This document shows, piece after piece, positions 54,482 to 64,000 of a DNA stretch of 64,000 bases. The notes beneath the pieces were generated by a model. The model worked only from the letters and a program-made list of their open reading frames with translations, was not told the origin of the DNA and made no database searches. This DNA comes from Nitrososphaerota archaeon. GTDB lineage: Archaea; Thermoproteota; Nitrososphaeria_A; Caldarchaeales; Caldarchaeaceae. The stretch's first letter is position 1, and each line of letters opens with the position of its first letter. The DNA lies in assembly GCA_041641305.1 (NCBI GenBank), contig JBEPYN010000001.1, positions 224,001-288,000 on the forward strand, given 5' to 3'. Both the position numbers and the translations under genes were made by a program.

Positions 54482-55420
54482 ATGGTGTTCCTCGACCCTG
54501 TCATCAGGGATGCCGTCATTTTCGCCAGTATGCTCAGCCTCTTAACTCTTGGACTCACGCTTAATTATCTCACAACTAAGGTTCCGAACTTTAGCCACGG
54601 TAGCTTTGCGTCGATAGGTATGATGACTATGTTGACGATGACTGAGGCGTTTAAACAGCCCGCCTATCTTTCCCTTGTTCCCGCGTTTATCCTCGGAGGA
54701 GCCGCTGCCATCTCCCTCTACATGCTTGTGCTGAGGCCCCTGATTTCACGCGACGCCGGCCTCGTTTCGCAGATGATTGCGACAATAGCGTTTGAGCTCA
54801 TACTGATTGCGGTGCTCAACATCTATGCTGACTACTTTACCCAGACCTTCAAGGTGCAGAGCAGAGGTTTTCTTATAAGGAGAAACGATGTAAGGATTTT
54901 CGGCGAACCCGGTGTATTCATAATAGCTCCCACAATTGCAGTGTCCACAGTTATTCTGCTTTATCTTCTACTAAATAGGACAAGGTTCGGCATAGGGCTC
55001 CGCGCAGCCATAGAGAACCCGTCACTCGCGGGAACACTTGGCATCAACGTCAAGCGAGCTTATTCCTTCTCATGGTTCCTCGCCGGCGGCTTGGGCGGAG
55101 TAGCCGGCTCGCTGCTGGCTCTCTGGTTTCAGGGAAGCCCCAACTACGGCAGCGAATTGCTCATCAGCATTTTCGCGGCTGCCATAGTGGGCGGGCTGCA
55201 AAACATCTACGGCGCCGTTGCCGGGGGTTATCTGCTAGGGTTTGTTGAGATACTTGGGACGCGTCAACTGGGTTTAACCCTTGGGCCATGGATAACGGTT
55301 TATAGGCCGCTGATTCCGATCACCGCGATGGCGATAACGCTTCTCTTTCTTCCACAGGGTCTGGTCTCACTCCGTATACGCAGAGTCCTTAAACAACCTG
55401 TGGGAGGTGGGGCGGAGTGA
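54482..55420 (+). CDS. livH: Branched-chain amino acid ABC permease
   Basis: NFSHG, TRFG..LRA..EN, IVGG, PQGL. Confidence 0.9.
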   Translation: MVFLDPVIRDAVIFASMLSLLTLGLTLNYLTTKVPNFSHGSFASIGMMTMLTMTEAFKQPAYLSLVPAFILGGAAAISLYMLVLRPLISRDAGLVSQMIATIAFELILIAVLNIYADYFTQTFKVQSRGFLIRRNDVRIFGEPGVFIIAPTIAVSTVILLYLLLNRTRFGIGLRAAIENPSLAGTLGINVKRAYSFSWFLAGGLGGVAGSLLALWFQGSPNYGSELLISIFAAAIVGGLQNIYGAVAGGYLLGFVEILGTRQLGLTLGPWITVYRPLIPITAMAITLLFLPQGLVSLRIRRVLKQPVGGGAE

Positions 55421-56544
55421 TAGACCAGCAGCTTATCATCTTCTTGTTGAACGTTCTCTCCTACGTGGCTATCTACTTGATGGTTAACGTCAGCCTCAAT
55501 TTCGAGTATGGGTTCACTGGGATACCCAACTTCGGAAAAGTGCTCGCAGTGGCGGGTGGAGCCTTTGTGGTGGGCGCTGTTCCGGGACGTATATTGGCGG
55601 GTCAGCTCAACCTCTACGGGGGTTTCAGAGCTGTGCAGGATAACCCTGTGCTGGCGGAGTGTCTCAGCACACTTGTACAGGTAAAGCCTAAGCTCATGGA
55701 GAGTATAGACTACATCGAGGACAATGCCGTGGTAATAGACTGTGTTAGACGGGTTCTCGGAAACGACCCCATGCTCTCGATAACCTTGTTGGTTGCCACG
55801 GTTGGGTTGGCGGCCATTGTAGGGGCGGGACTCGGCTTCATAGCGTCCTATCCAAGCATCAGGCTTAGGGAGGATTATCTCGCGATGACGCTGCTGGCGA
55901 TGGGTGAGTTTCTCCGACAGGTGGGTTATCTTGACAGGACCCTGGTTGGAGGTACACTGGGTGTGGCTGTCCCCGACCCATATGGCTGGCTTGGCGACCT
56001 GCGTCCCTATGCCTCAACCTTCATCATGCTCACCGTGGCGGTGCTTTTCTTCCTCTATGTGCGGGCCGTCACCTATTCTCCGGCCGGCCGCGTGCTAAGG
56101 GCTGTTCGAGACAATGAGATATCCGCCGAGGTTCTCGGCATAGATGTTGTACGGGTTAAGCAGAAGATTCTGGTCGTCTCGTCTATGATGGCGGCAGTCG
56201 CGGGCGCTCTCTGGGCCTTCAACTCGGTCGCCGTCATAGCAAACAACTATGACCGCTTCACATGGACTTTCTGGCCGTGGGTTATGGTGATTATCGGCGG
56301 CGCGGGAAACAACAGGGGAGTACTGCTTGGAACACTTGTCTTCGTAATTCTACGCCAAGCCATACTCACATACAACTACTTGCTCGAGCCGTTTATACCG
56401 TTCAGCATTGTCTGGCTGGATAGGCTGCTCTTCGGCATCGCGTTGATAATCGTTTTAATCATCAGGCCTCAGGGAATTGTTCCCGAGAAGCCGACGCCTG
56501 CCATCAGCTTCGATAAGATAAGGAAGATGGTTCAGAAAAGTTGA
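55417..56544 (+). CDS. livM: Branched-chain amino acid ABC permease
   Basis: SLN..G.TG, RLREDYLA, GR.LRAVRDNE, IIGG.GN, RPQG. Confidence 0.9.
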   Translation: MIDQQLIIFLLNVLSYVAIYLMVNVSLNFEYGFTGIPNFGKVLAVAGGAFVVGAVPGRILAGQLNLYGGFRAVQDNPVLAECLSTLVQVKPKLMESIDYIEDNAVVIDCVRRVLGNDPMLSITLLVATVGLAAIVGAGLGFIASYPSIRLREDYLAMTLLAMGEFLRQVGYLDRTLVGGTLGVAVPDPYGWLGDLRPYASTFIMLTVAVLFFLYVRAVTYSPAGRVLRAVRDNEISAEVLGIDVVRVKQKILVVSSMMAAVAGALWAFNSVAVIANNYDRFTWTFWPWVMVIIGGAGNNRGVLLGTLVFVILRQAILTYNYLLEPFIPFSIVWLDRLLFGIALIIVLIIRPQGIVPEKPTPAISFDKIRKMVQKS

Positions 56545-57056
56545 GCGGAAAAAGAGACGATGAGACTTTTTTGCCTGGCAGGGGCGAGGTTAGGAAAAGC
56601 CATCCACTGTTGGAGGCTCTGGGAGCGGTTGACGAGTTGTCCGCATTCGTCGGCGTAGCCCGTTCGCTTACAGAGGACGAGGAGCTGAGAAAGGCTCTAA
56701 AAACTGTTCAAGAAGCGTTATTCAACATCGGGTCATATCTTGCGGTTCCAAATCGCCCCCTCGACCGAGTCAGGCTCTGCATGGAGGAGCTAAAGACTTT
56801 TGAGAAATTGATGGAAAGCAGGCTCCCTGCTTTGACGCGGTTTATCTATCCCGGTGGAGCAGAGGCGGCGGCATTCATGAATGTTTGTAGAGCAGTGGCT
56901 CGCAGGGCTGAGAGAACAATTGTCAAGCTAAGCGAAACTATGGAGGTAGACCCACTCACAATCTCTTTTCTCAATTTTTTATCGAAGTTTTTCTTTACAG
57001 CGGCACGTTACATAAACCATTTGTCCGGAGTTGCTGATGAGGAGTGGTTTAGCTAG
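56541..57056 (+). CDS. PduO-type cob(I)alamin adenosyltransferase homologue
   Basis: G.VDEL...G, Q..LF..G, F..PGG, R...RRAER, LS...F..AR; the N-terminal TxxGDxG motif is degenerate. Confidence 0.8.
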   Translation: MSGKRDDETFLPGRGEVRKSHPLLEALGAVDELSAFVGVARSLTEDEELRKALKTVQEALFNIGSYLAVPNRPLDRVRLCMEELKTFEKLMESRLPALTRFIYPGGAEAAAFMNVCRAVARRAERTIVKLSETMEVDPLTISFLNFLSKFFFTAARYINHLSGVADEEWFS

Positions 57057-57745
57057 GTTTTCTGCTTCTTAACCGTCTTGGTCAAGAGGGTTGCCAGAAT
57101 TTCGAAGGATAGGAGAAGTGGAGTGGGTTTGAGAAACTTTGCCGCAGACGTGTTATAGGAAGCGTTTATCGATGTCTTGCGCATCTCGCTTTCGTCTCCG
57201 AACCAAACCTGTATCAGCAGCCTGACCTTGGGTAGAAAAGTGAAGGAATAGGCTGTTCCACCCAGTTTCTCCCTTTTGCCCCCGAGCATCCGCGAAGCAT
57301 CTTCGAACAACTGTCCCTGGTTACCAAAGGTTTTCAAAAGCGGGTTGAGCACATTTTTCTGGTAATAGGAGAGATAAGCCGATGTCTTGAGGACTGTGTC
57401 GAGAGGCTGCCAAACGTCCTGCCCACCACCCCCCTCACCCAGCAAATACTCCAATATCACGTAGCTGAGTTTTTCGCCCGCATCTTTTCCTGTCATCAAG
57501 TCGACCACCTTACCCTCGTCAAGCTCAACCGTGAAAGTTTTGTTCAACACATTGACTATGTATCGGCTTGGCTTGTCTCCCCCGCCCCTAAGAAAAACCA
57601 CATCACATTTCTTCATGACAGCGCTGTGGTTCACAGACCTCAGCCTCTGAAAATCACTTGCAACCCACTCCGCAAAAGTCGACTGCGAAGCACCGAACAA
57701 AACCTCATCCCCAGGCAACAAACCACCTCCCAAAATCACAAACAC
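57053..57745 (-). CDS. DUF3786-like hypothetical protein
   Basis: IL.YL, F..LPKV......W.GD.E pattern. Confidence 0.55.
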   Translation of the reverse strand: MFVILGGGLLPGDEVLFGASQSTFAEWVASDFQRLRSVNHSAVMKKCDVVFLRGGGDKPSRYIVNVLNKTFTVELDEGKVVDLMTGKDAGEKLSYVILEYLLGEGGGGQDVWQPLDTVLKTSAYLSYYQKNVLNPLLKTFGNQGQLFEDASRMLGGKREKLGGTAYSFTFLPKVRLLIQVWFGDESEMRKTSINASYNTSAAKFLKPTPLLLSFEILATLLTKTVKKQKT

Positions 57746-57783
57746 ATGTAAACATGTTCACATAGCAACCGCATAAATGATGG

Positions 57784-57806
57784 AAAAAAAGGTGGTATAA
57801 AAAAAT
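57784..57806 (-). terminator. Oligo-T terminator downstream of the archaellin gene
   Basis: Two T7 tracts on the minus strand, 20-45 nt after the arlB stop, preceded by a C-rich tract. Confidence 0.55.
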
Positions 57807-57826
57807 AGGGGGAGGGGTGGGGGAGT

Positions 57827-58405
57827 TTAAGTCAGGTCCATGACAGGGTCGAAAGACGGCGGAAGCCTTCTCTCAACCTTGAGCAACGAACCCTGTGGCG
57901 GCTTGATCTCTACGCTGAAGATGTCGTTGGGTGCGAGGCTGGCTCCAGAAATGCTCGATACATTGATTTTGACCGCGAAGACTTCACAGTATTCGAGGAC
58001 GGTGTCGCCGTCACCCGTTACCTGATAAACAGTTGTTATGGTTGAGTTGTTGGGGTAGATGTTCTCCCTGAAGATGGCCTTGTCTCTATATGTGATGACA
58101 AGCTTGCCCGGCCGTACGTCGACCTCGCCCTTACCCACCGACGACTTGATGTAGATAACGACCTCGGTGATGCTTCCGTTAGAGCTCTTTGCCACAACTG
58201 CTCCAGCCGTCTCTATCGACGACAGAGTCTCCTCGAGACCGGCCTGCATAACCTCGCCCGTCTTCTGCGTCGTGAAAAGTCCGAGGTTCAGGACGGCGAA
58301 GCTGAAGGCGCTGGCCACGATGACGAAGGCTATCAGTATTATGGCCGTCTCTAGGCCCGTCAGACCTTTGTTCTGTTTTTTCATTCTTTTTGTTTGGTTT
58401 TTCAT
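57827..58405 (-). CDS. arlB: Archaellin
   Basis: Class III signal KKQNKG|LTGLETAIILIAFVIVA, GD.D.VLE..E, EIKP..G; N-glycan sequons. Confidence 0.95.
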   Translation of the reverse strand: MKNQTKRMKKQNKGLTGLETAIILIAFVIVASAFSFAVLNLGLFTTQKTGEVMQAGLEETLSSIETAGAVVAKSSNGSITEVVIYIKSSVGKGEVDVRPGKLVITYRDKAIFRENIYPNNSTITTVYQVTGDGDTVLEYCEVFAVKINVSSISGASLAPNDIFSVEIKPPQGSLLKVERRLPPSFDPVMDLT

Positions 58406-58533
58406 TTCTGCAACTGATAGGCTACATTGGTGTTTTTTAAATTTTTTTAGAATTTTTTTGGACGAATGTATGATTTTTGTCTTATTCTAGTAAAGCTTAT
58501 TTTTTAAGATACCCCAATCCAGGCGAATGAAAC

Positions 58534-59184
58534 ATGTCATTGGTGGAGGTGTTAAAATTGGCCGAGAACAGCGTTGGGGATAAACGAATCAAGAAGCTGG
58601 AGGAGGAAATTCGGCGTATCAGGGAGCCTCTTGAGAAGACTTTGCTGGAGATAAGGGAAATGATGAACATGGCTGAGAACCCGTTTATCTATCTAAAAGG
58701 AGGAGACTTGGGCGAAGTATCCTCCGAGGAAGTTCGGCCAAAACAGTCTGCGGACAAGCATGCAGTGGAGAACAATTTGGCCATTCATGAGAAAGCGGCG
58801 GACAAGGAGCTGCATGGTTTGCGTCAGGGCTTCAACGGGCTTGACTCCTTCATCACAACGTTGGCGGCTGTTGACTTAATGGTGGTGATAGTTGGCCGAG
58901 AAAACCTGGTCAACCTTGTTAACATGCTGGCTTGGCGTAACCTAATCCCGAGGACTTTGCTCGAGGGAATTAAGGAGGCCCTCGAATTCATTTCTACCCT
59001 TGAAAAGGATACAAGGATAGAGCAGGCTCCGACACATCCGCCTGGTTTCAACGACCTCCTGATAGTTCTCTACATGCTTTCGCTTTTGGTCAAAGACCGT
59101 GAGAACCCGATAACGTTCCTGCTTCTCTCTTCGGCGGGGAACCTGAAGTTTCTCAGCAGGAACTGGGGTGGTCGCCAGGTTTGA
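58534..59184 (+). CDS. Archaellum accessory protein, ArlC/D/E-like
   Basis: N-terminal coiled coil ending ENPF, helical C-terminal domain, no TM anchor; first gene of the arlGFHIJ operon. Confidence 0.5.
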   Translation: MSLVEVLKLAENSVGDKRIKKLEEEIRRIREPLEKTLLEIREMMNMAENPFIYLKGGDLGEVSSEEVRPKQSADKHAVENNLAIHEKAADKELHGLRQGFNGLDSFITTLAAVDLMVVIVGRENLVNLVNMLAWRNLIPRTLLEGIKEALEFISTLEKDTRIEQAPTHPPGFNDLLIVLYMLSLLVKDRENPITFLLLSSAGNLKFLSRNWGGRQV

Positions 59185-59669
59185 CAGGCGCCTACATAGT
59201 GGCCGAAGCAATCTTCGTCATCTCGCTCATCATAACGGCGTCGGCCTATGCATCGACTATGTTCAGCTTTGTGGACGACCTGAAACAAGCCAACCAAGTC
59301 AAGGTGAACAGGATGAAGAGAGAGGCTATGACCAGTGTCGAGCCTTTGATGGGCTATGTAGGCGATAACCGCAGCATAGTCTATCTCTGGCTGAAGAACG
59401 TGGGGACAGAGAGGATTTCCTATGCCGAAATCGAGGCCTCCGACATATTCCTCATAGGTAGAGAAACATTTTATTTACTCAAGCATGGACAGGGGCCATC
59501 TCGCTGGACATACAACATCTTAGGAGAAACTCTGCCGGACAACGGCTGGTCGTGGGGAGAAACTCTAGAGATCACCATGGAGCTCGAAACACCGCTCAAC
59601 CCCGGCGAATACACTGTGAAAATTGCCGGCCCATATTTCTCCACGACCTATGTTTTCTCTGTAGGGTGA
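59181..59669 (+). CDS. arlG: Archaellum stator protein G
   Basis: N-terminal TM, WLKNVG, W..GETLEI, GEY.V. Confidence 0.75.
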   Translation: MTGAYIVAEAIFVISLIITASAYASTMFSFVDDLKQANQVKVNRMKREAMTSVEPLMGYVGDNRSIVYLWLKNVGTERISYAEIEASDIFLIGRETFYLLKHGQGPSRWTYNILGETLPDNGWSWGETLEITMELETPLNPGEYTVKIAGPYFSTTYVFSVG

Positions 59670-59676
59670 GTGAAAA

Positions 59677-60174
59677 ATGTCGGTCTACGGATTACTGGCC
59701 TCATTCGGCATCACGACCCTGATAATTCTACAGTTTCTGGGATACTTTCTAAACGTCTACGATGTGGCTGCGACGGTGGCACAGCTAAGCCAAGCACACA
59801 AACCATCCATGAAGAAACTGGAGCCAGTATTTACAAATGCTTCGGGAAACGCGGTAACTCTAGGCATACGCAACGAAGGGCCTGTGGACATCTCCTCAAA
59901 ACAAATCAAGACAGCCGACCTATTCATCATCTACTTCAACGAGGACGGGGTACGTAGGGTGCGTAGGCTGGGGTACGGCGAGATACCTGGATGGCAGGTA
60001 ACGGATGTCAGGCTCGGCGATTCTGCTGAGGTTCTTGACCCTATTGGGCTGAGCCCGGAGCTCGAGGGCGTTTGGAACGTCGGGGAAACAATCTACATCA
60101 CGGCGACACTCGACGAAACTGTCAACACTTCTCTGCCCATATTGGCCAGATTTTGGGTGGTGACCGAAAGTTGA
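59677..60174 (+). CDS. arlF: Archaellum stator protein F
   Basis: N-terminal TM, I.N.G, W..GET; lies between arlG and arlH. Confidence 0.65.
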   Translation: MSVYGLLASFGITTLIILQFLGYFLNVYDVAATVAQLSQAHKPSMKKLEPVFTNASGNAVTLGIRNEGPVDISSKQIKTADLFIIYFNEDGVRRVRRLGYGEIPGWQVTDVRLGDSAEVLDPIGLSPELEGVWNVGETIYITATLDETVNTSLPILARFWVVTES

Positions 60175-60872
60175 CCGATGGATACATCAGGGCGTTTAAC
60201 AGTGAGCTGGACCGTAAAATAGGCCCGATAAAGACCCCGGCCCTATGCCTCGTCGAAGGCCCCAACGACAGCGGAAAATCAGTCCTCACTCTACAATACT
60301 GCTATGGCGCTCTTCTCTCAGGGTTCAACTGCTACCTGCTCAGCACGGAGGGGAGTATGAAGGCGGTTAGGGAGAGCATGGCATCACTGTCGTGGAACCC
60401 ATCCTATTTCATCATAACAGGCAGGCTGAAAATCGGCGAGATGCATGTCAAAAACTTCACCTGGGCTCCACAGCAATATACCAAGCTACTCCGCCTCGTA
60501 ACATCATTTATACAGAGCCGCTCAAAAGAGAATGTCTTCTTCATAGACTCGATGACCTATCTCCTCACCAACGCGTCTACAACAGACATCCTCAACTTCT
60601 TCACAGTCCTGCGAAACATCGTAGACGAACAGGAGAAGACAATTTTCCTCACCATACATTCCCACGCCCTTGACACAGACCTTTTCCTCAGACTGCGCTC
60701 AATCTCCGATGTCCACTTTGTTCTAAGCGTCAAGGAGATGGGAGAGAGGATAGTGAGGGTGTTGCAGGTCATGAAGCTCAAGGGAGCTGAGAAAAGCGGG
60801 TTAACCATAGCGTTCGAGGTTGACCAGGTCTTCGGCATAAGGGTGCTGCCTTTCTCACAGGCCAAGGCGTAG
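60171..60872 (+). CDS. arlH: Archaellum KaiC/RecA-like ATPase H
   Basis: ELDRKIG, GPNDSGKS, STE, IDS, K..GA, F.V....GI; TTG 60171 overlaps the arlF stop. Confidence 0.9.
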   Translation: MTDGYIRAFNSELDRKIGPIKTPALCLVEGPNDSGKSVLTLQYCYGALLSGFNCYLLSTEGSMKAVRESMASLSWNPSYFIITGRLKIGEMHVKNFTWAPQQYTKLLRLVTSFIQSRSKENVFFIDSMTYLLTNASTTDILNFFTVLRNIVDEQEKTIFLTIHSHALDTDLFLRLRSISDVHFVLSVKEMGERIVRVLQVMKLKGAEKSGLTIAFEVDQVFGIRVLPFSQAKA

Positions 60873-62539
60873 TGGCGATGAGCAGCGTCCCCTCAGGGGT
60901 TCTTATGGATAACCCGCATCTAGGGATGTATCTCGAGGAGCTGAGGCTCCGGGGGAAAACCGCGAACTACGTCGAGCAGCTCAGCAGAGAAATGCGTAGC
61001 CTGAGAAGCTTCAGCTTCATCTACCCCGTCGGAGACCCATTATTCATACACATAGAGTCAAGACCAAACGAGAGATCCTCTTACAACGTCATAAGCCCCT
61101 TCACGATGGCTCCCGTGGAGATAAACAGAATTGTCGAAAAAGGGTTGGCGAGACTCATCACACCCGACATGGACTATTCCACACGCGAAGAACATGAAAA
61201 ACTACTCAACGAGCTTCTTGACATGTTTCTCGAGATAGATGATTCTCTAGAGGACTTTGACTATAGGCCTATTTATAGGAAAGGGCTTGTGGAGAAACTT
61301 GTCGCCAACCAGACGACCGTTGAAATAATCAGAAACAGCGTAATTCTCGACAAGGTCTACCTCGGAACACTTGAGCCATTCATCCGTGACCAATATATCG
61401 AAGATGTTTCATGCAACGGCGTCGGCCCCATATTCGTCGAGCACAAAGTCTTCGGAAGCTGCGAAACCAACATAACTTTCTCAGACCAGGAGGAGCTCGA
61501 CACCTTCGTGGTCAAGCTCTCGGAAAGAATAGGTAGGCCCGTCAACTTCCGCAAACCAATAGTGGATGCATCTCTTCCAGACGGCAGTAGAATAAACATA
61601 GTTTTCGGCAGCGACGTCAGCAGACATGGTAGCAACTTCACCATCAGAAAATTCTCCGAAAAACCCGTGAGCATAGCAGATTTGATAAGCTGGGGGACGA
61701 TGAGCGGCTTGGAAGCAGCCTATCTATGGATAATGCTCGAGCATGGGATGAGCATATGGTTCTGCGGAGAAACAGCTTCAGGCAAAACCACGGCCCTCCG
61801 AGCCGCAAGCGTCTTCATCAACCCGTCGGCGAAAATAGTCAGCATAGAAGACACGCCCGAGATAGTTGTGCCTCATGAAAACTGGGTGCGGGAGGTTACG
61901 CGCCAAGGCGAGCAGGGAGAGGGTGATGTCACGTTGTTCGACCTACTCAAAGCAGCTCTCCGGCAACGTCCGAACTACATCATAGTCGGAGAGATCAGAG
62001 GAGCGGAGGCGTCTGTCGCTTTCCAGGCCATGCAGACAGGGCACCCCGTTCTCGCCACCTTCCACGCAGGCAGCGTCGAGAAGCTTATCCAGAGGCTTAC
62101 AGGCGATCCGATAAACATCCCGAAAACATACATCGACATACTCAACTGCGTGTTGATACAGAGCGCAGTGAGGCTGCCGACCACGGGAAAGATTGAGAGA
62201 CGAGTCCTGAGCATCAACGAGATAGTTGGCTACGACCCGACTACTCAGAGGTTTGACTACATCGAGCTCTTCAACTGGGACTCCTCCACAGACAAACACG
62301 AGTTCAGAGGCGAGGGCAACAGCTACCTGCTCGAAAACAAGATAAGAACCATGCTCGGCGTCTCGCCGCGTGAAGTACACAGAATCTATCAAGAACTCTT
62401 TGACAGAGCCCAGCTCCTCGAGTTGCTCGTCAGCCGTAAAACCACAGATTTCGAAACGGTCTGGAGAACAGTCAAAGAGGTCTACCACATGGGCGCCCAA
62501 AATGTTTTGGAGAAGCTGGAGAGCGTGCAGAGAATTTGA
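60872..62539 (+). CDS. arlI: Archaellum motor ATPase I
   Basis: IYPVGDP.FIHI, GETASGKTT, IEDT.E, LRQRP, GE.RG.E, TGH...TFHA. Confidence 0.95.
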   Translation: MAMSSVPSGVLMDNPHLGMYLEELRLRGKTANYVEQLSREMRSLRSFSFIYPVGDPLFIHIESRPNERSSYNVISPFTMAPVEINRIVEKGLARLITPDMDYSTREEHEKLLNELLDMFLEIDDSLEDFDYRPIYRKGLVEKLVANQTTVEIIRNSVILDKVYLGTLEPFIRDQYIEDVSCNGVGPIFVEHKVFGSCETNITFSDQEELDTFVVKLSERIGRPVNFRKPIVDASLPDGSRINIVFGSDVSRHGSNFTIRKFSEKPVSIADLISWGTMSGLEAAYLWIMLEHGMSIWFCGETASGKTTALRAASVFINPSAKIVSIEDTPEIVVPHENWVREVTRQGEQGEGDVTLFDLLKAALRQRPNYIIVGEIRGAEASVAFQAMQTGHPVLATFHAGSVEKLIQRLTGDPINIPKTYIDILNCVLIQSAVRLPTTGKIERRVLSINEIVGYDPTTQRFDYIELFNWDSSTDKHEFRGEGNSYLLENKIRTMLGVSPREVHRIYQELFDRAQLLELLVSRKTTDFETVWRTVKEVYHMGAQNVLEKLESVQRI

Positions 62540-64000
62540 GACTCTTTAGCCGAACAGGTCTTAGTAGGGATGATGTCGACAGGCTGATGCTGCTGTTCGT
62601 CATCTACGGCTCCTCAAAGCTCTCCGTTAGGCAAATGATTAAGCAACTGTCCCACTCGGAGGCGTTGCCAGCACATATCGGGAAAATTTTCAGGAAAAGC
62701 CGCAACCTTTTGGAGAGATGGAACTACGGTGTCTCGGAGACTCTTGAATATCTCGAAACCGTTCTAAGATATCCAAAGCTTAGAGGGCTTGTAGTCAGGC
62801 TCCAGCACTCGATCAAGGCAGGTGTATCTATAGAGGATTTTGCCAAGATAGAGTATGTTAAACACAGGGCTGAGCAGGATAACGAGCTGGAGAAGGGGCT
62901 TGAAAAGCTTAGACGTCTCGTAGAAGCCTACACCACGTTGATAAGCGTAGTCTCTCTACTCAGCGTCTCCTTCCTCCTCATCGGAACCATAATCGGAGGA
63001 GGCGGCGCATCGTTTCTCGACACAGCCTTTCTCTCGATAACCGCCACACTCGGCTCCACAACCCTCCTCTTCCTCACAAACAACCTCAAGAGACCGATTT
63101 TCAACAAATACCCTGACAAGCCTGGAAGACTCGGCCTACTCCTAAAAACCACTACACCACTACTCGCCGCATCCGTGGCTACGCTCTTCTTCGCACAGCC
63201 TGTCGCGAACCTTATGGGGGCATCAACCGTGGAGACAATGTCCGCAGTCCTCATCTCCGTTGGGACAGCCCTCTTCATACATGGGTACCTCGGTAGAAGA
63301 TGGCACAAGAAAATCCACCAAACCGAGACGATGCTGCCCATAGTTTTGAAAAGCTTCGGAGACTACCTGTCCGCGACAGGGTCGGTTAAGTCATCGGCGC
63401 ACATGTTAACCCTAAGCGACCTCGGGCCACTCAACAGACTTGTCAAAGCATTTGAGCAGAGGCTTAGGCTGGGCATATCCCAGAAAGAGTCGATAACCAT
63501 GGTTGGGCGTGAAACCATGGGAAAACTGGGGGACACCGTCTTCACTATACTCGGGGAGGTTATTGAGGCTGGGGCGAGGCCCGCAACGGCCTGCGGCATC
63601 CTCAGCGAATACGTATCCAACGTCTTGTTCAGCGACAAGAGACGCGAACAAATAACATCCACGCTCAAAACCCTATCCATACCGCTTCATGCAACCCTCG
63701 CAGCCATATACGCACTTCTCACAACCCTACTAGCCATCCTCTCAAAAATAAGCGCCCTCCTCGAAAACTATCTCATGCTCATAAAACCCATACCATCCTC
63801 AATAGTGGTCACCTACTTCTACATAATCATCGCAGCCACATCCATCATCACGGGGCTGAACATCTACCTCGCCGACGGCGACTCATTATTCACACTCACC
63901 TACTACCTCGGCCTGCTGCTGCTGGTAAGCGGCATCAGCTACCTCGTCATGACAAACCTCAGCATGCAGCTTCTCTCAACATTCATCGGACTGGGCGAAA
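62536..64000 (+). CDS. arlJ: Archaellum membrane platform protein J, 3'-truncated by the window edge
   Basis: Not in the ORF track because no stop falls within the window. TTG 62536 overlaps the arlI stop; reads ...FRKSRNLLERWNYG..ETLE...L..SIKAG..., then multiple TM segments. Confidence 0.85.
   Translation, partial: MRLFSRTGLSRDDVDRLMLLFVIYGSSKLSVRQMIKQLSHSEALPAHIGKIFRKSRNLLERWNYGVSETLEYLETVLRYPKLRGLVVRLQHSIKAGVSIEDFAKIEYVKHRAEQDNELEKGLEKLRRLVEAYTTLISVVSLLSVSFLLIGTIIGGGGASFLDTAFLSITATLGSTTLLFLTNNLKRPIFNKYPDKPGRLGLLLKTTTPLLAASVATLFFAQPVANLMGASTVETMSAVLISVGTALFIHGYLGRRWHKKIHQTETMLPIVLKSFGDYLSATGSVKSSAHMLTLSDLGPLNRLVKAFEQRLRLGISQKESITMVGRETMGKLGDTVFTILGEVIEAGARPATACGILSEYVSNVLFSDKRREQITSTLKTLSIPLHATLAAIYALLTTLLAILSKISALLENYLMLIKPIPSSIVVTYFYIIIAATSIITGLNIYLADGDSLFTLTYYLGLLLLVSGISYLVMTNLSMQLLSTFIGLGE

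Noticed and set aside
57807-57823. G-quadruplex in GGGGGAGGGGTGGGGG
   Set aside because: Only three G-runs; better explained as part of the arlB terminator region.
1-64000. CRISPR arrays, IS elements, prophage, rRNA
   Set aside because: No spaced repeats, transposase, integrase or capsid motifs, or rRNA-like tracts were seen; the window is almost fully coding.

Overview
Gene-dense core-chromosome segment of a thermophilic TACK archaeon, most likely a Ca. Caldarchaeum (Caldiarchaeum) subterraneum-like aigarchaeon. The assignment rests on a eukaryote-type ubiquitin operon (Ub-E2-E1-small RING with a divergent JAMM/Rpn11), crenarchaeal-type PolB1, archaeal GAPDH/PGK, an archaellum operon and TATA-led short intergenic regions. 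Contents: NurA-HerA-Ogg-m5C MTase cluster; PolB1 and PolY; complex I split over three places (nuoBCD, nuoI, nuoAH); an A-type heme-copper oxidase operon; flavin, thiamine and NAD genes; a proteasome beta subunit; glyS; the ubiquitin locus; HMG-CoA synthase/thiolase/DUF35; M1 aminopeptidase; tRNA-Ala(GGC); pgk-gap; a Liv-type ABC transporter; and arlB plus arl(CDE-like)GFHIJ. I saw no IS, integrase, prophage or CRISPR array. Best leads: (1) the ubiquitin locus appears larger than the five-gene core I know as described. It adds a 4-TM membrane protein whose C4HC3 RING has exactly the same ligand spacing as the soluble RING E3, and three coiled-coil proteins, suggesting a membrane-directed ubiquitylation module. 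(2) The thiolase in the HMGS-thiolase-DUF35 cluster has lost its catalytic Cys/Cys/His and looks like a pseudoenzyme. (3) An intergenic box C/D sRNA has a compensated C'/D' pair. (4) Cytochrome oxidase subunit II is split beside an A-type subunit I. (5) NuoI carries an insertion of about 135 aa. All family calls are motif recognition by eye, without database searches.
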